From assembly GCA_002430735.1 (NCBI GenBank), contig DJCV01000013.1, positions 33,460 through 97,459 on the forward strand: DNA of 64,000 nt, given 5' to 3'. The notes under the pieces are model-generated. The model searched no databases. It saw nothing but the letters and a program-made list of their open reading frames with translations, and had not been told where the DNA came from. This document shows positions 12,516 through 22,429 of this stretch, piece by piece. This DNA is from Candidatus Woesebacteria bacterium UBA5941. GTDB lineage: Bacteria; Patescibacteriota; Microgenomatia; UBA8517. Within the stretch, counting starts at the first letter, position 1, and the number at the start of each line of letters is the position of its first letter. The translations under genes were made by a program, and so were the position numbers.

Positions 12516-13784
12516 ATGTCTTCCCTAAAGATGGATCTTCCTGTGGGCACTAAAGTGCCTGATCATATTGCCATTATTCCAGATGGAAATAGACGATGGG
12601 CACGAGCACGAGGGGTTAATACACTTCAAGGACATAAAAAAGGATTTGAAAGAGCCGTTGAGCTTGGTCGTGCTGCTCGGAGAGCGGGTGTCCATACTGT
12701 TTCTCTGTGGGGGTTTTCCACTGAAAACTGGGATCGGTCACCAAGAGAAGTTGATTATTTAATGAAACTCTATGTGAAGCTGATAGATGATTATCTCAAA
12801 GAAGCTGATGAAGATGAAGTCCGTCTGATTCATTTGGGACGGAAGGATCGAATCCCAAAGTTTTTAATGAAGAAAATTACTGAAGCGGAAGAAAAAACTC
12901 GACATCACAAGCGGCACGTTGCTAATCTTGCAATAGACTACGGAGGGCATGATGATATTTTGCGAGCGGTTCGAGCAATGGTCAAAGATGGATTAACTCC
13001 TGAGGAAATAGATAAGTCTACTTTTGAAAATTATCTTGATACAAAGGATCAGCCGTATCCGTATGTTGATTTATTAATCAGAACCTCAGGTGAGCAGCGA
13101 ACAAGTGGGCTGCTTCTTTGGCAGATGGAATATGCAGAAATGTATTGGGAAGAAAGTCATTTTCCTGATTTTACGACAGATAAATTGCGTGAGGCTATTA
13201 TTGATTATTCTAGACGAAGGCGCCGATTCGGCGGAAATGATGCCCATGAACATTTCAAATTTAAACCGGCAGTAACGGCAAAACTTGAAGTAAAATGGTG
13301 GAGACTTGCAAACATCCCTCAAGGTACACGATTCACTGATTATGCGATCTCACATTTAAAGGAGCAGTGGGGATTATCAAAGCAGCTTGCCAAAGATGCA
13401 GCGCACTTAATGGTCACGGCATTTATCGATTGTGAGAAGGAAAAGTGGCAAGAGGCTCAGGAAAAGCTGAAACAGTGTTATGAATTAATTAAGAGTGAAG
13501 CAAAACTAGCATTTGAGCCTGCACTTGCCGCAAAACTGCAAATGAGTTTATGGCAAAAAGCACAGAACTCAGGATCAGTCAGTGAACTGGATGCGACAAG
13601 TCGAGAACTTGTTTCAGAAGTATATAGAATCTCAGACTTTCAGGCTGCTAAAGCTGCTCATTTGATGAGCCTTGCAACCGTCGAGCGGGAACTTGCCACT
13701 GGAGATGAAAACGATCCCCATTGGAAAAAGGCTGAAGATTATTTAGAGAAATACTACTTAGCGCTTAAAGAACGAGTGGCTTGA
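12516..13784 (+). CDS. uppS: undecaprenyl pyrophosphate synthase with a ~175-aa C-terminal helical extension
   Basis: HIAIIPDGNRRWA, FSTENWDRS, IRTSGEQRTSG, RRRRFGG. ATG 12516 follows TATAAT; the ORF track starts at 12447. Confidence 0.93.
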   Translation: MSSLKMDLPVGTKVPDHIAIIPDGNRRWARARGVNTLQGHKKGFERAVELGRAARRAGVHTVSLWGFSTENWDRSPREVDYLMKLYVKLIDDYLKEADEDEVRLIHLGRKDRIPKFLMKKITEAEEKTRHHKRHVANLAIDYGGHDDILRAVRAMVKDGLTPEEIDKSTFENYLDTKDQPYPYVDLLIRTSGEQRTSGLLLWQMEYAEMYWEESHFPDFTTDKLREAIIDYSRRRRRFGGNDAHEHFKFKPAVTAKLEVKWWRLANIPQGTRFTDYAISHLKEQWGLSKQLAKDAAHLMVTAFIDCEKEKWQEAQEKLKQCYELIKSEAKLAFEPALAAKLQMSLWQKAQNSGSVSELDATSRELVSEVYRISDFQAAKAAHLMSLATVERELATGDENDPHWKKAEDYLEKYYLALKERVA

Positions 13785-13858
13785 AGAACCACAAAATTAA
13801 TTTGCGTGCAAGTGCCTAACTCTAGTATTTTTTTGCCCAGAAAATCGGTTTTTCTCAA

Positions 13859-13934
13859 TTGACAGTTTTCTTCCGTTTATGCTTCAATGAATGACTGAGT
13901 AGTGCCTATGCAAAAGCTACTCAATACCTACTTA
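13859..13934 (+). promoter_or_regulatory. promoter and phased direct repeats upstream of the giant gene
   Basis: TTGACA at 13859-13864; three 11-bp-phased units GTGCCTATGCA / AAAGCTACTCA / ATACCTACTTA at 13902-13934; inverted TGAGTAG at 13896-13902. Confidence 0.45.
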
Positions 13935-13938
13935 TTTC

Positions 13939-16900
13939 ATGCCTAACGACCTGCCCACCGAGCCTAAATACATCGCAATCCGCACAGCAGCCGAGTTTCT
14001 TGGAGTGTCAATTGATACATTACGTAGATGGGACAAGCAGGGCATTCTAAAGGCACAAAGACCGAACGGCAAAGATCGTGTTTTTCTGGTTAAAGACTTA
14101 GAGCGATTTAAGTACGCACATCCACTTCAGGTCTCCGAAGCTGCAGACCTTCTGGGCATGTCTATTTCGACATTAAGGCGTCTTGAGACACGAGGGAAGC
14201 TCGTTCCTAAGCGCGACAGTAATGGTAGGCGTATTTACAATTTTGCAGAGCTTGCACGATTCGCAAAAAATGTCCCTTCAGACAAAGTAGCTGTTACTCA
14301 ATCTGAGGTCAATATTTTAACCAAAGATGCGGTTGCGGCACGTATTGAGGTAGACACTATATTGCGCCGCGTACGACGAGTACGCAGTATTGTTGCTTCG
14401 CTAGCAATCTTTGTTGTAGTTTCTATTACAACCCTCACCGTACTCTTTTTGCTTTACCCATCAGAAACAGCAGATTTTTTTGAGCTCACTGAGCCAGAGT
14501 ATGTAAGCAATGGTGTTATTTTAAACAGGTCAGTGCTTGGGGTTGCCAATTCAAACGAAGCTTCTGGTATTACTCCTATTATTATTTCATTATTTAGGCC
14601 ACTTGCAAAGGTTTCTCTGAACCTTGTTGGTCAAATAGATGAAGAAAAGTATCAGATCGCCACGCGTTCACACATTATTGACGGAGATTCTCTGCTGCGG
14701 AGCATTAGCTCAATTGAGATAAGCGATTCATCAGACTTTATTATCACCGATACAAGTGTTATTCATAATTTGAATGCTGAGCTCCTTGACGGCCGACAGG
14801 TAGGATCTAACCCAGGTAACCTTGTCGTAATTGATGACAACGGAAAGATTAACCCTGATCTTATTGACTATTCGACAGTTGAGGTTGCATTCACAATTGA
14901 GGATAGAAGTATTGGTGGTGCTCAAATAGAACTCGATACGATCGAGAATGAAAATATCGCTAATAGTGCTATTACAAGCAATAAGATTGAAGATGGAACC
15001 GTGTCCTCAAGCGATCTTGCTGATAATGCAGTTATTACCGCAAAAATTGCGGATAATGCAATTACTGGCGCTAAAATTGATAATGGAACAATTACGACAT
15101 CCGACCTTTCAACAGGGCTTAGTTTTTCAAGTAGTACACTCATTGATTTGTCTGCCGTTACTCATACATCAACTACACCTCAAGGGTTAGTTCTCCCAAA
15201 TGCGTCCTCTGCAAATCCTTCTGGTCCTTCAACTGGGGAAGGGTATTTGGCCTGGGACACCTCTGGGAATCAGTTAATTGTTTATGATGGTGCCAGTTGG
15301 GGCACCCTCGCTGGAACAGGCGACATTACCGGAGTCACTGCCGGTTCAGGTGTAACCGGTGGTGGTGCAAGCGGTGGTGTAACAGTAAATGTTGGAGCAG
15401 GAAATGGAATTACAGTTAACGCGGATGATATTGCCATAAATTTGGCAACAAGTGGTACAACTGGGGGGTCTTCGAGTAACTCAGGTCTTGAAGTAGGTTC
15501 AGGAGGGCTCAGTTTGCTAAAAGGTTGTAGTGATAACCAGATATTAAAGTGGACTGACGCTGGAGGATGGGCATGTAGTAACGATACTGGCAGTGGCAGC
15601 ACTGTTTCTGTTGAAGAAGGCGATTCATCGGTGACAGCAACGCTTTCGACACTCGACTTTTTAGCAGCAGACTTTATTGTGCAAGAAAGTCCGTCTGGAG
15701 AAGCGAATATTAGTGTCGACTATGCAAATTCCGGTATTACTCGAGTCAATCAAGCGCAAGTTGTTACCGGGGGATGGACCTTTAATACTGCGGCAACAAC
15801 GTTTACCACCGATCTTATCGCCAATGGGGGTATTACGCTTGCAAGCGGTGAAACCATTTCAAACGGGAGCGATTCAACAATCACCTTAGGTCGAAATGAT
15901 GCTGGAACTGTTACATTAAATGCAAAAGATGATGATGCAACAGCAGCGTTAACCATTCTTCCAGGAGGAGCAGCTGCATTAACACTTGGAGGAAGCGCTA
16001 CCACCGGAATTACGCTCGTAACAGATTCAACGGGTGATAGTGAAGTGGTCTTGCCTGCCAGTTCAATTGGGAATAGTGAGTTGGTCAACTCAGGGCTGAC
16101 ATTTGCCGGAAACTCCGGAAGTGGAAGTGTTGCCTTGGGTGGAACATTTACTATTGTAGGGGCTGGCATTAATAATGCTGTATATTCTGGCGGCACAGTT
16201 ACCATTACTGGAACTGAAGCAGACACTTTGGCAAGTGTAACTGGTCGAGGAGCTACTTCATCGACAGCACTCACCTTATCTTCAACGAGCAATGCAATTA
16301 CTGTGGGAACACTCACTATCTCCGGTGATGCATTTACTGATTTAACAGGGACTGGACTTACTATTTCCGGTGGAGCGTTAAACACAACCCTCGGGGTTGC
16401 CATTGATAGTAGCGAGATTACCGATGCCACAATTGGAAATGGCGATATCGCAAATGACACAATTGATCTTGACAAAGTTTCAGACACATTAACACTCGAC
16501 GCTGCAACCTCAATTACCGCAAGCGGTGCGCTCGGCCTTACCATTGGAAACAATGTGACGCTTTCTGCAACAGGCACGGGAGCTATTGTTGCAACTGATC
16601 TCTCTTGTACCGACTGTATTACTTCAACAGAAATTAGTGAGCTCACATTAGGCACTGACACTGCTGGTAATTATGTGGCTACCGTAACTGGGGGGGCAGG
16701 ACTGACGGGTTCCGGGGCAAGCGAGGGATCCACTCCAACTCTGGCTGTTGGAGCTGGAAATGGTATTACGGCGAATGCAGATGACATTGCCGTTAACCTG
16801 ACATCAAGCGGAACAACGGGCTCGACTTCAAGTAACTCAGGCCTTGAAGTAGGAAGTGGAGGGCTCAGTTTATTAAAAGGCTGTAATGATAATGAAATTT

Positions 16901-19900
16901 TAAAGTGGACTGACGCAGGTGGGTGGGCGTGTGCAACTGACACCTCTGGGAGTGGATCAGCTGCCGTTCAAGAAGGAGACTCAGGGGTCGTCGCCTCACT
17001 TTCGACACTCGACTTTTTGGCAGCAGACTTTATCGTTAGCGAGAGTCCATCTGGTGAGGCAAATATTAGTCTTGATTATGCAAATTCAGGTGTCACCCGT
17101 GTCGGGCAAGCTGAAACAGTAACCGGTGGCTGGACGTTTAATACTGCGGCAACTACCTTCACTACAGCAATTGACGTAAACTCCGCATCAACGGTCGCAG
17201 GCTTAACGGTTGACGGAAACGGCAGCCTCTCTGTATCAAATGGTTCACTTGATGGGGCACTTTCTCTTTCAGGAACCACCAGCGATAATGGACTGCAAAT
17301 TGGTCTGACAAACGGAACAAGTGGAGGAACTCAAAACATTGCCTACTTTGATAATGCTGCATCGAGCGGTACTACTGAAAGCATTTTGGTTATTGATAAC
17401 AGTGATACTGACACCGCTGTTACGAATGCAATTGAATTTATAAATGCAGGTGGAGGTTTTACCAATCTGTTTAATGTCGCGGGGACAACTATTAGTTCTG
17501 GTGAGTTCACACTTCTCGATGGACGTGATACAGCACTTGTCGATACAACTGATGCTGTATCAACCGCTATTACTGGTACAGGCACATTAACTGCAGGGGC
17601 AACAGGAGCTGGATTTACCATTAACTTCGGAACATCAACTCTCTCGGGCAATATCACGGGAACTAATATCTCAGGTGTAGATATTTCAGATGATACTAAT
17701 CTTACGGTGACAAATGGCATTACTCTCACGGGCGATCAGTTGAGCCTTGCCTCAACTGCTGCCGGTGATGGATTGACCTACACAACAGGAGTACTCGCGA
17801 TTGGTTCAGGCGCGGGAATTACCGTTTCTGCTGATGCAATTGCGGCAACATTGGGCACTTCAATCGCGAATTCTGAAATCGACAACGATGCGATTGATTT
17901 TGATAAAGTGTCAGACACCTTAACGCTTGATGCTGCAACATCTATTACAGCGAGTGGTGCTTTGGGACTTACGATCGGTAACAATGTGACGCTTTCAGCA
18001 ACAGGTACAGGAGCCATTACTGCAACGGACCTTTCTTGTACTGACTGTATTGGTTCAGCTGAAGTCGGTGAGTTAACACTTGGCACAGACACCGCAGGAA
18101 ACTATGTAGCAACTGTTACAGGTGGAGCAGGACTCACCGGTTCAGGCTCAAGCGAAGGATCAACTCCAACCATCGCTGTTGGTGCAGGGAATGGAATTGC
18201 AGTTAACGCTGATGACATTGCCGTTAATCTCACATCAAGCGGCACAACTGGTTCTACTTCAAGCAATTCAGGGCTTGAAGTTGGAAGTGGAGGGTTAACC
18301 CTTCTTAAGGGGTGTAGTGATAATGAGCTCTTAAAGTGGACTGACGCAGGTGGGTGGGCGTGTGCCACTGATACTTCAGGAAGTGGTGCTGCTGCTGTTC
18401 AAGAAGGAGACTCAACCATTGTAGCCTCACTATCAACACTCGATTTCTTGGCAGCAGACTTTATTGTAGGAGAATCTCCATCAGGGGAAGGAAATATATC
18501 AATTGATTATGCAAATTCAGGAATTACCCGTGTGGGGCAAGCTGAGACAGTAACGGGTGGTTGGACGTTTAATACTGCATCCACAACATTCACTACTGCA
18601 ATTGATGTAAACACAGCTTCAACAATGGCTGGACTGACTGTTGATGGCAATGGTAACCTCTCTGTTTCAAATGGAACCATAGATGGAGCAATCTCACTCT
18701 CTTCTACAACCTCTGATAATGCGACTCAAATCACACTCACAAACGGCACGAGTAGCGGAACTCAAAATATTGCCTACTTTGATAATGCTGCTTCTACTGG
18801 AACAACCGAAAGCATTGTGGTTATTGATAACAGTGATAGTGATACGGCAGTGACGAATGCAATTGAATTTGTAAACGCTGGAGGCGGGTTCACCAATTTG
18901 TTTAATGTTGCAGGCACAACTATTTCAACCACAGAGTTTACGCTCCTTGATGGACGAGACACCGCTTTGGTTGATACAACTGATGCGGTTGCAACAGCAA
19001 TTACAGGAACTGGAACTTTAACTGCAGGTGCAACGGGAGCTGGGTTTACCATTAACTTCGGAACATCAACCCTTTCAGGCGACGTAACAAGCGCAAATAT
19101 TTCAGGGGTCGATATTAGTGCTGATACAAACCTTTCAGCCTCTAATGGAGTGACGTTAACAGGAGATGCATTAAGCTTGTCATCTGCAGCGGGTGGCGAT
19201 GGATTAACATACACAACAGGCGTACTTGCTGTTGGCGCAGGGACGGGTATTTCAGTTGCAGCTGATGCAATTTCTGCAACATTGGGCACTTCAATTGCCA
19301 ACGCTGAAATCGATGATGATGTCATTAATTTTGACAAAATTGCGAACGCGTTAACACTTGATGAAGGCACAACAATAACAGCGGGCGGTGCATTAGGGCT
19401 CACGATCGGTAACAACGTCACTTTGTCAGCTACCGGGACAGGAGCGATTACTGCAACAGACTTGTCATGTGCAGATTGTATTAACGGCACCGAAATTGGC
19501 GACTTAACATTAGGGACAGACACAGCTGGAAACTATGTTGCCACAATTACCGGTGGGGCAGGACTGACCGGTTCAGGTTCAAGTGAAGGTTCCACTCCAA
19601 CGCTCGCTGTTGGAGCAGGTAACGGAATTACAGTGAACGCAGATGACATTACGATTGCGTTAACCGGAAGCGGCACAACTGGTTCTACTTCAAGCAATTC
19701 AGGACTTGAAGTTGGTTCTGGTGGACTCAGTCTCTTAAAGGGTTGTACTGACACTGAAATATTAAAGTGGACCGATGCCGGAGGATGGGCCTGTGCTGCT
19801 GACGAAACAGGCGGGGGAGGTTTCACAAGCTTCACTGCTGCAGGAGACTCAGGTGGTGGTCAAACGATTTCTGACGGAAATTCGTTATCTATTTTAGGTG

Positions 19901-22422
19901 GAACAAATGGAATTGATACCGTTGATAGTGCAACTGATACCGTGACCTTAAACCTTGATACAACTGAAATTGGAACAACCACATTTGGATCAGGAAGCGG
20001 GATTACCTGGACGTTTAATGCAGGAGCAACGGACCCTGTAATTGCATTTGGATCAGATACCATCGACTTTACGGCAGGTACGACTACGCTCTCTGGGAAC
20101 CTCACCGTTTCAGGGGGAACAATTTTAGGTGTCGCGACCAGTAATTTGTTAAATTCAGTAACCACAACATTAAACTTTGCAGGAGCCGCTACAACGTTAA
20201 ACATTGCTGACGGTGCAACTACCAAAACGATTGATATCGGGGGCGTGACTGCTGATGGCACTGACACAATAAATATTGCAACAAATGCCACTTCTCCAGA
20301 TGTTATTTCAATTGGAAACGGGCATGGGGTATCAAGTATCGCGCTTACATCAGGTGACTCATGGGCAATTAGCGCGAATGGTGTAATGACTCTTTCTGCT
20401 GATTCATCACAAACCACGGCGATTGTTGCAACAGATACTGACTACACGAATTTTGCCTCAATTGGCGACAACAATATCATAGGGACAACTGCTGCAATTG
20501 ACCTTACAAACTTTGACGTTGCTTCAACCGGTGCGCTTACCTTGGTTGGCGGATTGTCTCCAGATATCACGACGCAGTCAAATAATAATTTGACTATTCA
20601 GCCAGGAGGGACTGGTGCAATTATATTTAATTCAAGTAATACTTCAGCGTCTGCAATCGACATTAATGCAACGGGTACCGTTGCCGGGAATGCGTTCACG
20701 CTTGATACTACCAACGGTGGTATTGCGCTCACTGCTGGTGGTGCTTCAAACGGGGATATTACGATTCTTTCAACTGATGACTTGAGTATAAATGGAACAG
20801 CAGGTTCTGTGGTCAATATTGGAACATCAGCGGTAGCTCAAACAATTGCAATTGGTGCTTCAAGTAACACTGACCTTGCACTTGCTGACGCACAATGGAG
20901 CATAACCGGTGCTGGGGTTGCAAGCTTTGTTTCAGGAACGGTACTCGGATCTCAAACATTTACAACAAATAACATCGTTGACAGCGGAGCTCTTACTATT
21001 AAATCAGCAACCGGAGCTAATGCCTTAACGCTTGATTCAGGGTCTACAGGAACGGTGAACCTTGGTACGAGCAACAATGCGAAAACTATTAATATTGGAA
21101 CGGGAACACAAGGGAATACTATTCTCATTGGAACAGACAATACCACCTCTGACACGATTACAATCGGTACTGCACTAGATAACGTTTCAATTGTGGGTGA
21201 CTCCTGGTCAATTACCGATGCGGGGGTTTTGACCGTAGCATCATGTAGTGGATGTGGAGGCGGTGGAGGAACGTTGCAACAGGCTTATAGCGGTGATGCT
21301 GACGGTAGTAATGCGATCATTTTAACTGACTCAACTGATGGATCTGTTATTATCCAAACCGTGGCTGGAACACAGTTCCAAGTTGCTGCAACTGCTGCTC
21401 CAACTGTTGACCTTGCTTCAATCACAAATGCTGGTCAAGGAGTCACAAGTACGAGTGGTGTTGACGGGTTATCAATAACCTATGTGCAAGCAACAGACGC
21501 AGGCGCCATCACCGGGAGTGGGCTCGATGTGACATTAACTCCTTCTGGAGACGCCTCAGACGTTATCCGTGGAATCACCCTTAACAACATAACCAGTGGA
21601 AGTTCAACAGAGACTGGTTTGTATGTGGGAACTGGGTATGATCGTGATATTGAATTTGCAGACAGTACCCCAACAATTAGATCAGCCGATGGTGCAGTAC
21701 TTTCATTCACCGATGGAACAAACACGATGGCTTCTATTAAAGACCAAGGGACTTATGCATTTTTAAACATCACTCCAAAAGGAACGGCATCCGATCCAGC
21801 GACTTGTGCTGTTGGTGATGTGTACGTAAATAGTAGTGACGCGACGATTAAAGCTTGTACCGGAACTGATACCTGGGAAGCACTCGATGGCGGTGGTGGA
21901 GGCGGAACTAAGGTTGTGACGTTACATCCAGAATTCCCAGGCGCAACCCTTACCGCCAACGGAAGTGCGACTATTAATGGAACCATGACCTCAGATGTTA
22001 CCGGAAGTGCTGATGGATGGAAGAATTTCTATGAATGGAATTCAAGTCAAACAAGTTTGCAAGACTATACCGTTGCTGTTCGGTTCAAACTTCCATCTGA
22101 CTTTTCATCGTGGGCTACTTCGAATGCCATTGTTGTTAATTATGTAACAGAATCAACAGCAAACACCAATAATAAAATTGATATCGATATTCGAAACGAA
22201 GACGATACCCCAGGAACGACCGTGACTACGTCTTCAGCAAATGTCTCAGGAGTTGCAGCAACATGGACATCCGTTGCCATTGATGACTCAGTAATTGACG
22301 ATGGTGCGGCACCGGACATTGACGCAGCGGGTGAGGACATCGTTTTGTTAATTAAGCTTTACTCAAAAGACTCAAATTACTCACGAGTTGGTGATATTGT
22401 CCTAACATATACTGCCCAATAA
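13939..22422 (+). CDS. giant 2827-aa membrane-anchored surface protein with two N-terminal MerR/BldC-like HTH domains
   Basis: AAEFLGVSIDTLRRWDKQG...GKDRVF and AADLLGMSISTLRRLETRG...NGRRIY; TM at ~aa 151-173; Gly/Thr/Ser/Asp-rich repetitive ectodomain. Confidence 0.9.
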   Translation: MPNDLPTEPKYIAIRTAAEFLGVSIDTLRRWDKQGILKAQRPNGKDRVFLVKDLERFKYAHPLQVSEAADLLGMSISTLRRLETRGKLVPKRDSNGRRIYNFAELARFAKNVPSDKVAVTQSEVNILTKDAVAARIEVDTILRRVRRVRSIVASLAIFVVVSITTLTVLFLLYPSETADFFELTEPEYVSNGVILNRSVLGVANSNEASGITPIIISLFRPLAKVSLNLVGQIDEEKYQIATRSHIIDGDSLLRSISSIEISDSSDFIITDTSVIHNLNAELLDGRQVGSNPGNLVVIDDNGKINPDLIDYSTVEVAFTIEDRSIGGAQIELDTIENENIANSAITSNKIEDGTVSSSDLADNAVITAKIADNAITGAKIDNGTITTSDLSTGLSFSSSTLIDLSAVTHTSTTPQGLVLPNASSANPSGPSTGEGYLAWDTSGNQLIVYDGASWGTLAGTGDITGVTAGSGVTGGGASGGVTVNVGAGNGITVNADDIAINLATSGTTGGSSSNSGLEVGSGGLSLLKGCSDNQILKWTDAGGWACSNDTGSGSTVSVEEGDSSVTATLSTLDFLAADFIVQESPSGEANISVDYANSGITRVNQAQVVTGGWTFNTAATTFTTDLIANGGITLASGETISNGSDSTITLGRNDAGTVTLNAKDDDATAALTILPGGAAALTLGGSATTGITLVTDSTGDSEVVLPASSIGNSELVNSGLTFAGNSGSGSVALGGTFTIVGAGINNAVYSGGTVTITGTEADTLASVTGRGATSSTALTLSSTSNAITVGTLTISGDAFTDLTGTGLTISGGALNTTLGVAIDSSEITDATIGNGDIANDTIDLDKVSDTLTLDAATSITASGALGLTIGNNVTLSATGTGAIVATDLSCTDCITSTEISELTLGTDTAGNYVATVTGGAGLTGSGASEGSTPTLAVGAGNGITANADDIAVNLTSSGTTGSTSSNSGLEVGSGGLSLLKGCNDNEILKWTDAGGWACATDTSGSGSAAVQEGDSGVVASLSTLDFLAADFIVSESPSGEANISLDYANSGVTRVGQAETVTGGWTFNTAATTFTTAIDVNSASTVAGLTVDGNGSLSVSNGSLDGALSLSGTTSDNGLQIGLTNGTSGGTQNIAYFDNAASSGTTESILVIDNSDTDTAVTNAIEFINAGGGFTNLFNVAGTTISSGEFTLLDGRDTALVDTTDAVSTAITGTGTLTAGATGAGFTINFGTSTLSGNITGTNISGVDISDDTNLTVTNGITLTGDQLSLASTAAGDGLTYTTGVLAIGSGAGITVSADAIAATLGTSIANSEIDNDAIDFDKVSDTLTLDAATSITASGALGLTIGNNVTLSATGTGAITATDLSCTDCIGSAEVGELTLGTDTAGNYVATVTGGAGLTGSGSSEGSTPTIAVGAGNGIAVNADDIAVNLTSSGTTGSTSSNSGLEVGSGGLTLLKGCSDNELLKWTDAGGWACATDTSGSGAAAVQEGDSTIVASLSTLDFLAADFIVGESPSGEGNISIDYANSGITRVGQAETVTGGWTFNTASTTFTTAIDVNTASTMAGLTVDGNGNLSVSNGTIDGAISLSSTTSDNATQITLTNGTSSGTQNIAYFDNAASTGTTESIVVIDNSDSDTAVTNAIEFVNAGGGFTNLFNVAGTTISTTEFTLLDGRDTALVDTTDAVATAITGTGTLTAGATGAGFTINFGTSTLSGDVTSANISGVDISADTNLSASNGVTLTGDALSLSSAAGGDGLTYTTGVLAVGAGTGISVAADAISATLGTSIANAEIDDDVINFDKIANALTLDEGTTITAGGALGLTIGNNVTLSATGTGAITATDLSCADCINGTEIGDLTLGTDTAGNYVATITGGAGLTGSGSSEGSTPTLAVGAGNGITVNADDITIALTGSGTTGSTSSNSGLEVGSGGLSLLKGCTDTEILKWTDAGGWACAADETGGGGFTSFTAAGDSGGGQTISDGNSLSILGGTNGIDTVDSATDTVTLNLDTTEIGTTTFGSGSGITWTFNAGATDPVIAFGSDTIDFTAGTTTLSGNLTVSGGTILGVATSNLLNSVTTTLNFAGAATTLNIADGATTKTIDIGGVTADGTDTINIATNATSPDVISIGNGHGVSSIALTSGDSWAISANGVMTLSADSSQTTAIVATDTDYTNFASIGDNNIIGTTAAIDLTNFDVASTGALTLVGGLSPDITTQSNNNLTIQPGGTGAIIFNSSNTSASAIDINATGTVAGNAFTLDTTNGGIALTAGGASNGDITILSTDDLSINGTAGSVVNIGTSAVAQTIAIGASSNTDLALADAQWSITGAGVASFVSGTVLGSQTFTTNNIVDSGALTIKSATGANALTLDSGSTGTVNLGTSNNAKTINIGTGTQGNTILIGTDNTTSDTITIGTALDNVSIVGDSWSITDAGVLTVASCSGCGGGGGTLQQAYSGDADGSNAIILTDSTDGSVIIQTVAGTQFQVAATAAPTVDLASITNAGQGVTSTSGVDGLSITYVQATDAGAITGSGLDVTLTPSGDASDVIRGITLNNITSGSSTETGLYVGTGYDRDIEFADSTPTIRSADGAVLSFTDGTNTMASIKDQGTYAFLNITPKGTASDPATCAVGDVYVNSSDATIKACTGTDTWEALDGGGGGGTKVVTLHPEFPGATLTANGSATINGTMTSDVTGSADGWKNFYEWNSSQTSLQDYTVAVRFKLPSDFSSWATSNAIVVNYVTESTANTNNKIDIDIRNEDDTPGTTVTTSSANVSGVAATWTSVAIDDSVIDDGAAPDIDAAGEDIVLLIKLYSKDSNYSRVGDIVLTYTAQ
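14900..15110 (+). repeat. decapeptide repeats (IADNAITGAK-type) in the giant protein
   Basis: IANSAITSNK-IEDGTVSSSD-LADNAVITAK-IADNAITGAK-IDNGTITTSD. Confidence 0.75.
16453..19803 (+). repeat. long intragenic tandem repeat, 1431-bp (477-aa) period, plus a partial earlier copy near 15390-15810
   Basis: The Lys codon of LKWTDAGGWAC lies at 15547, 16903, 18334 and 19765 (spacings 1356, 1431, 1431). Confidence 0.92.
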
Positions 22423-22429
22423 ACGCCCC

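Noticed and set aside
15390-19803. Repeats as a CRISPR array, DGR template/variable pair or assembly artefact
   Set aside because: The repeats are in-frame coding modules that differ mainly at synonymous sites; there is no spacer structure, adenine-specific pattern or reverse transcriptase
14731-22340. Many minus-strand ORFs (up to 303 aa) inside the giant gene
   Set aside because: Antisense shadows of a Thr/Gly/Ala-rich frame; they repeat with the host gene and show no independent signals
13939-22422. Giant gene as a prophage tail fibre
   Set aside because: Fibre-like motifs are present, but it has a TM anchor and sits among cell-envelope genes with no capsid, terminase or baseplate genes
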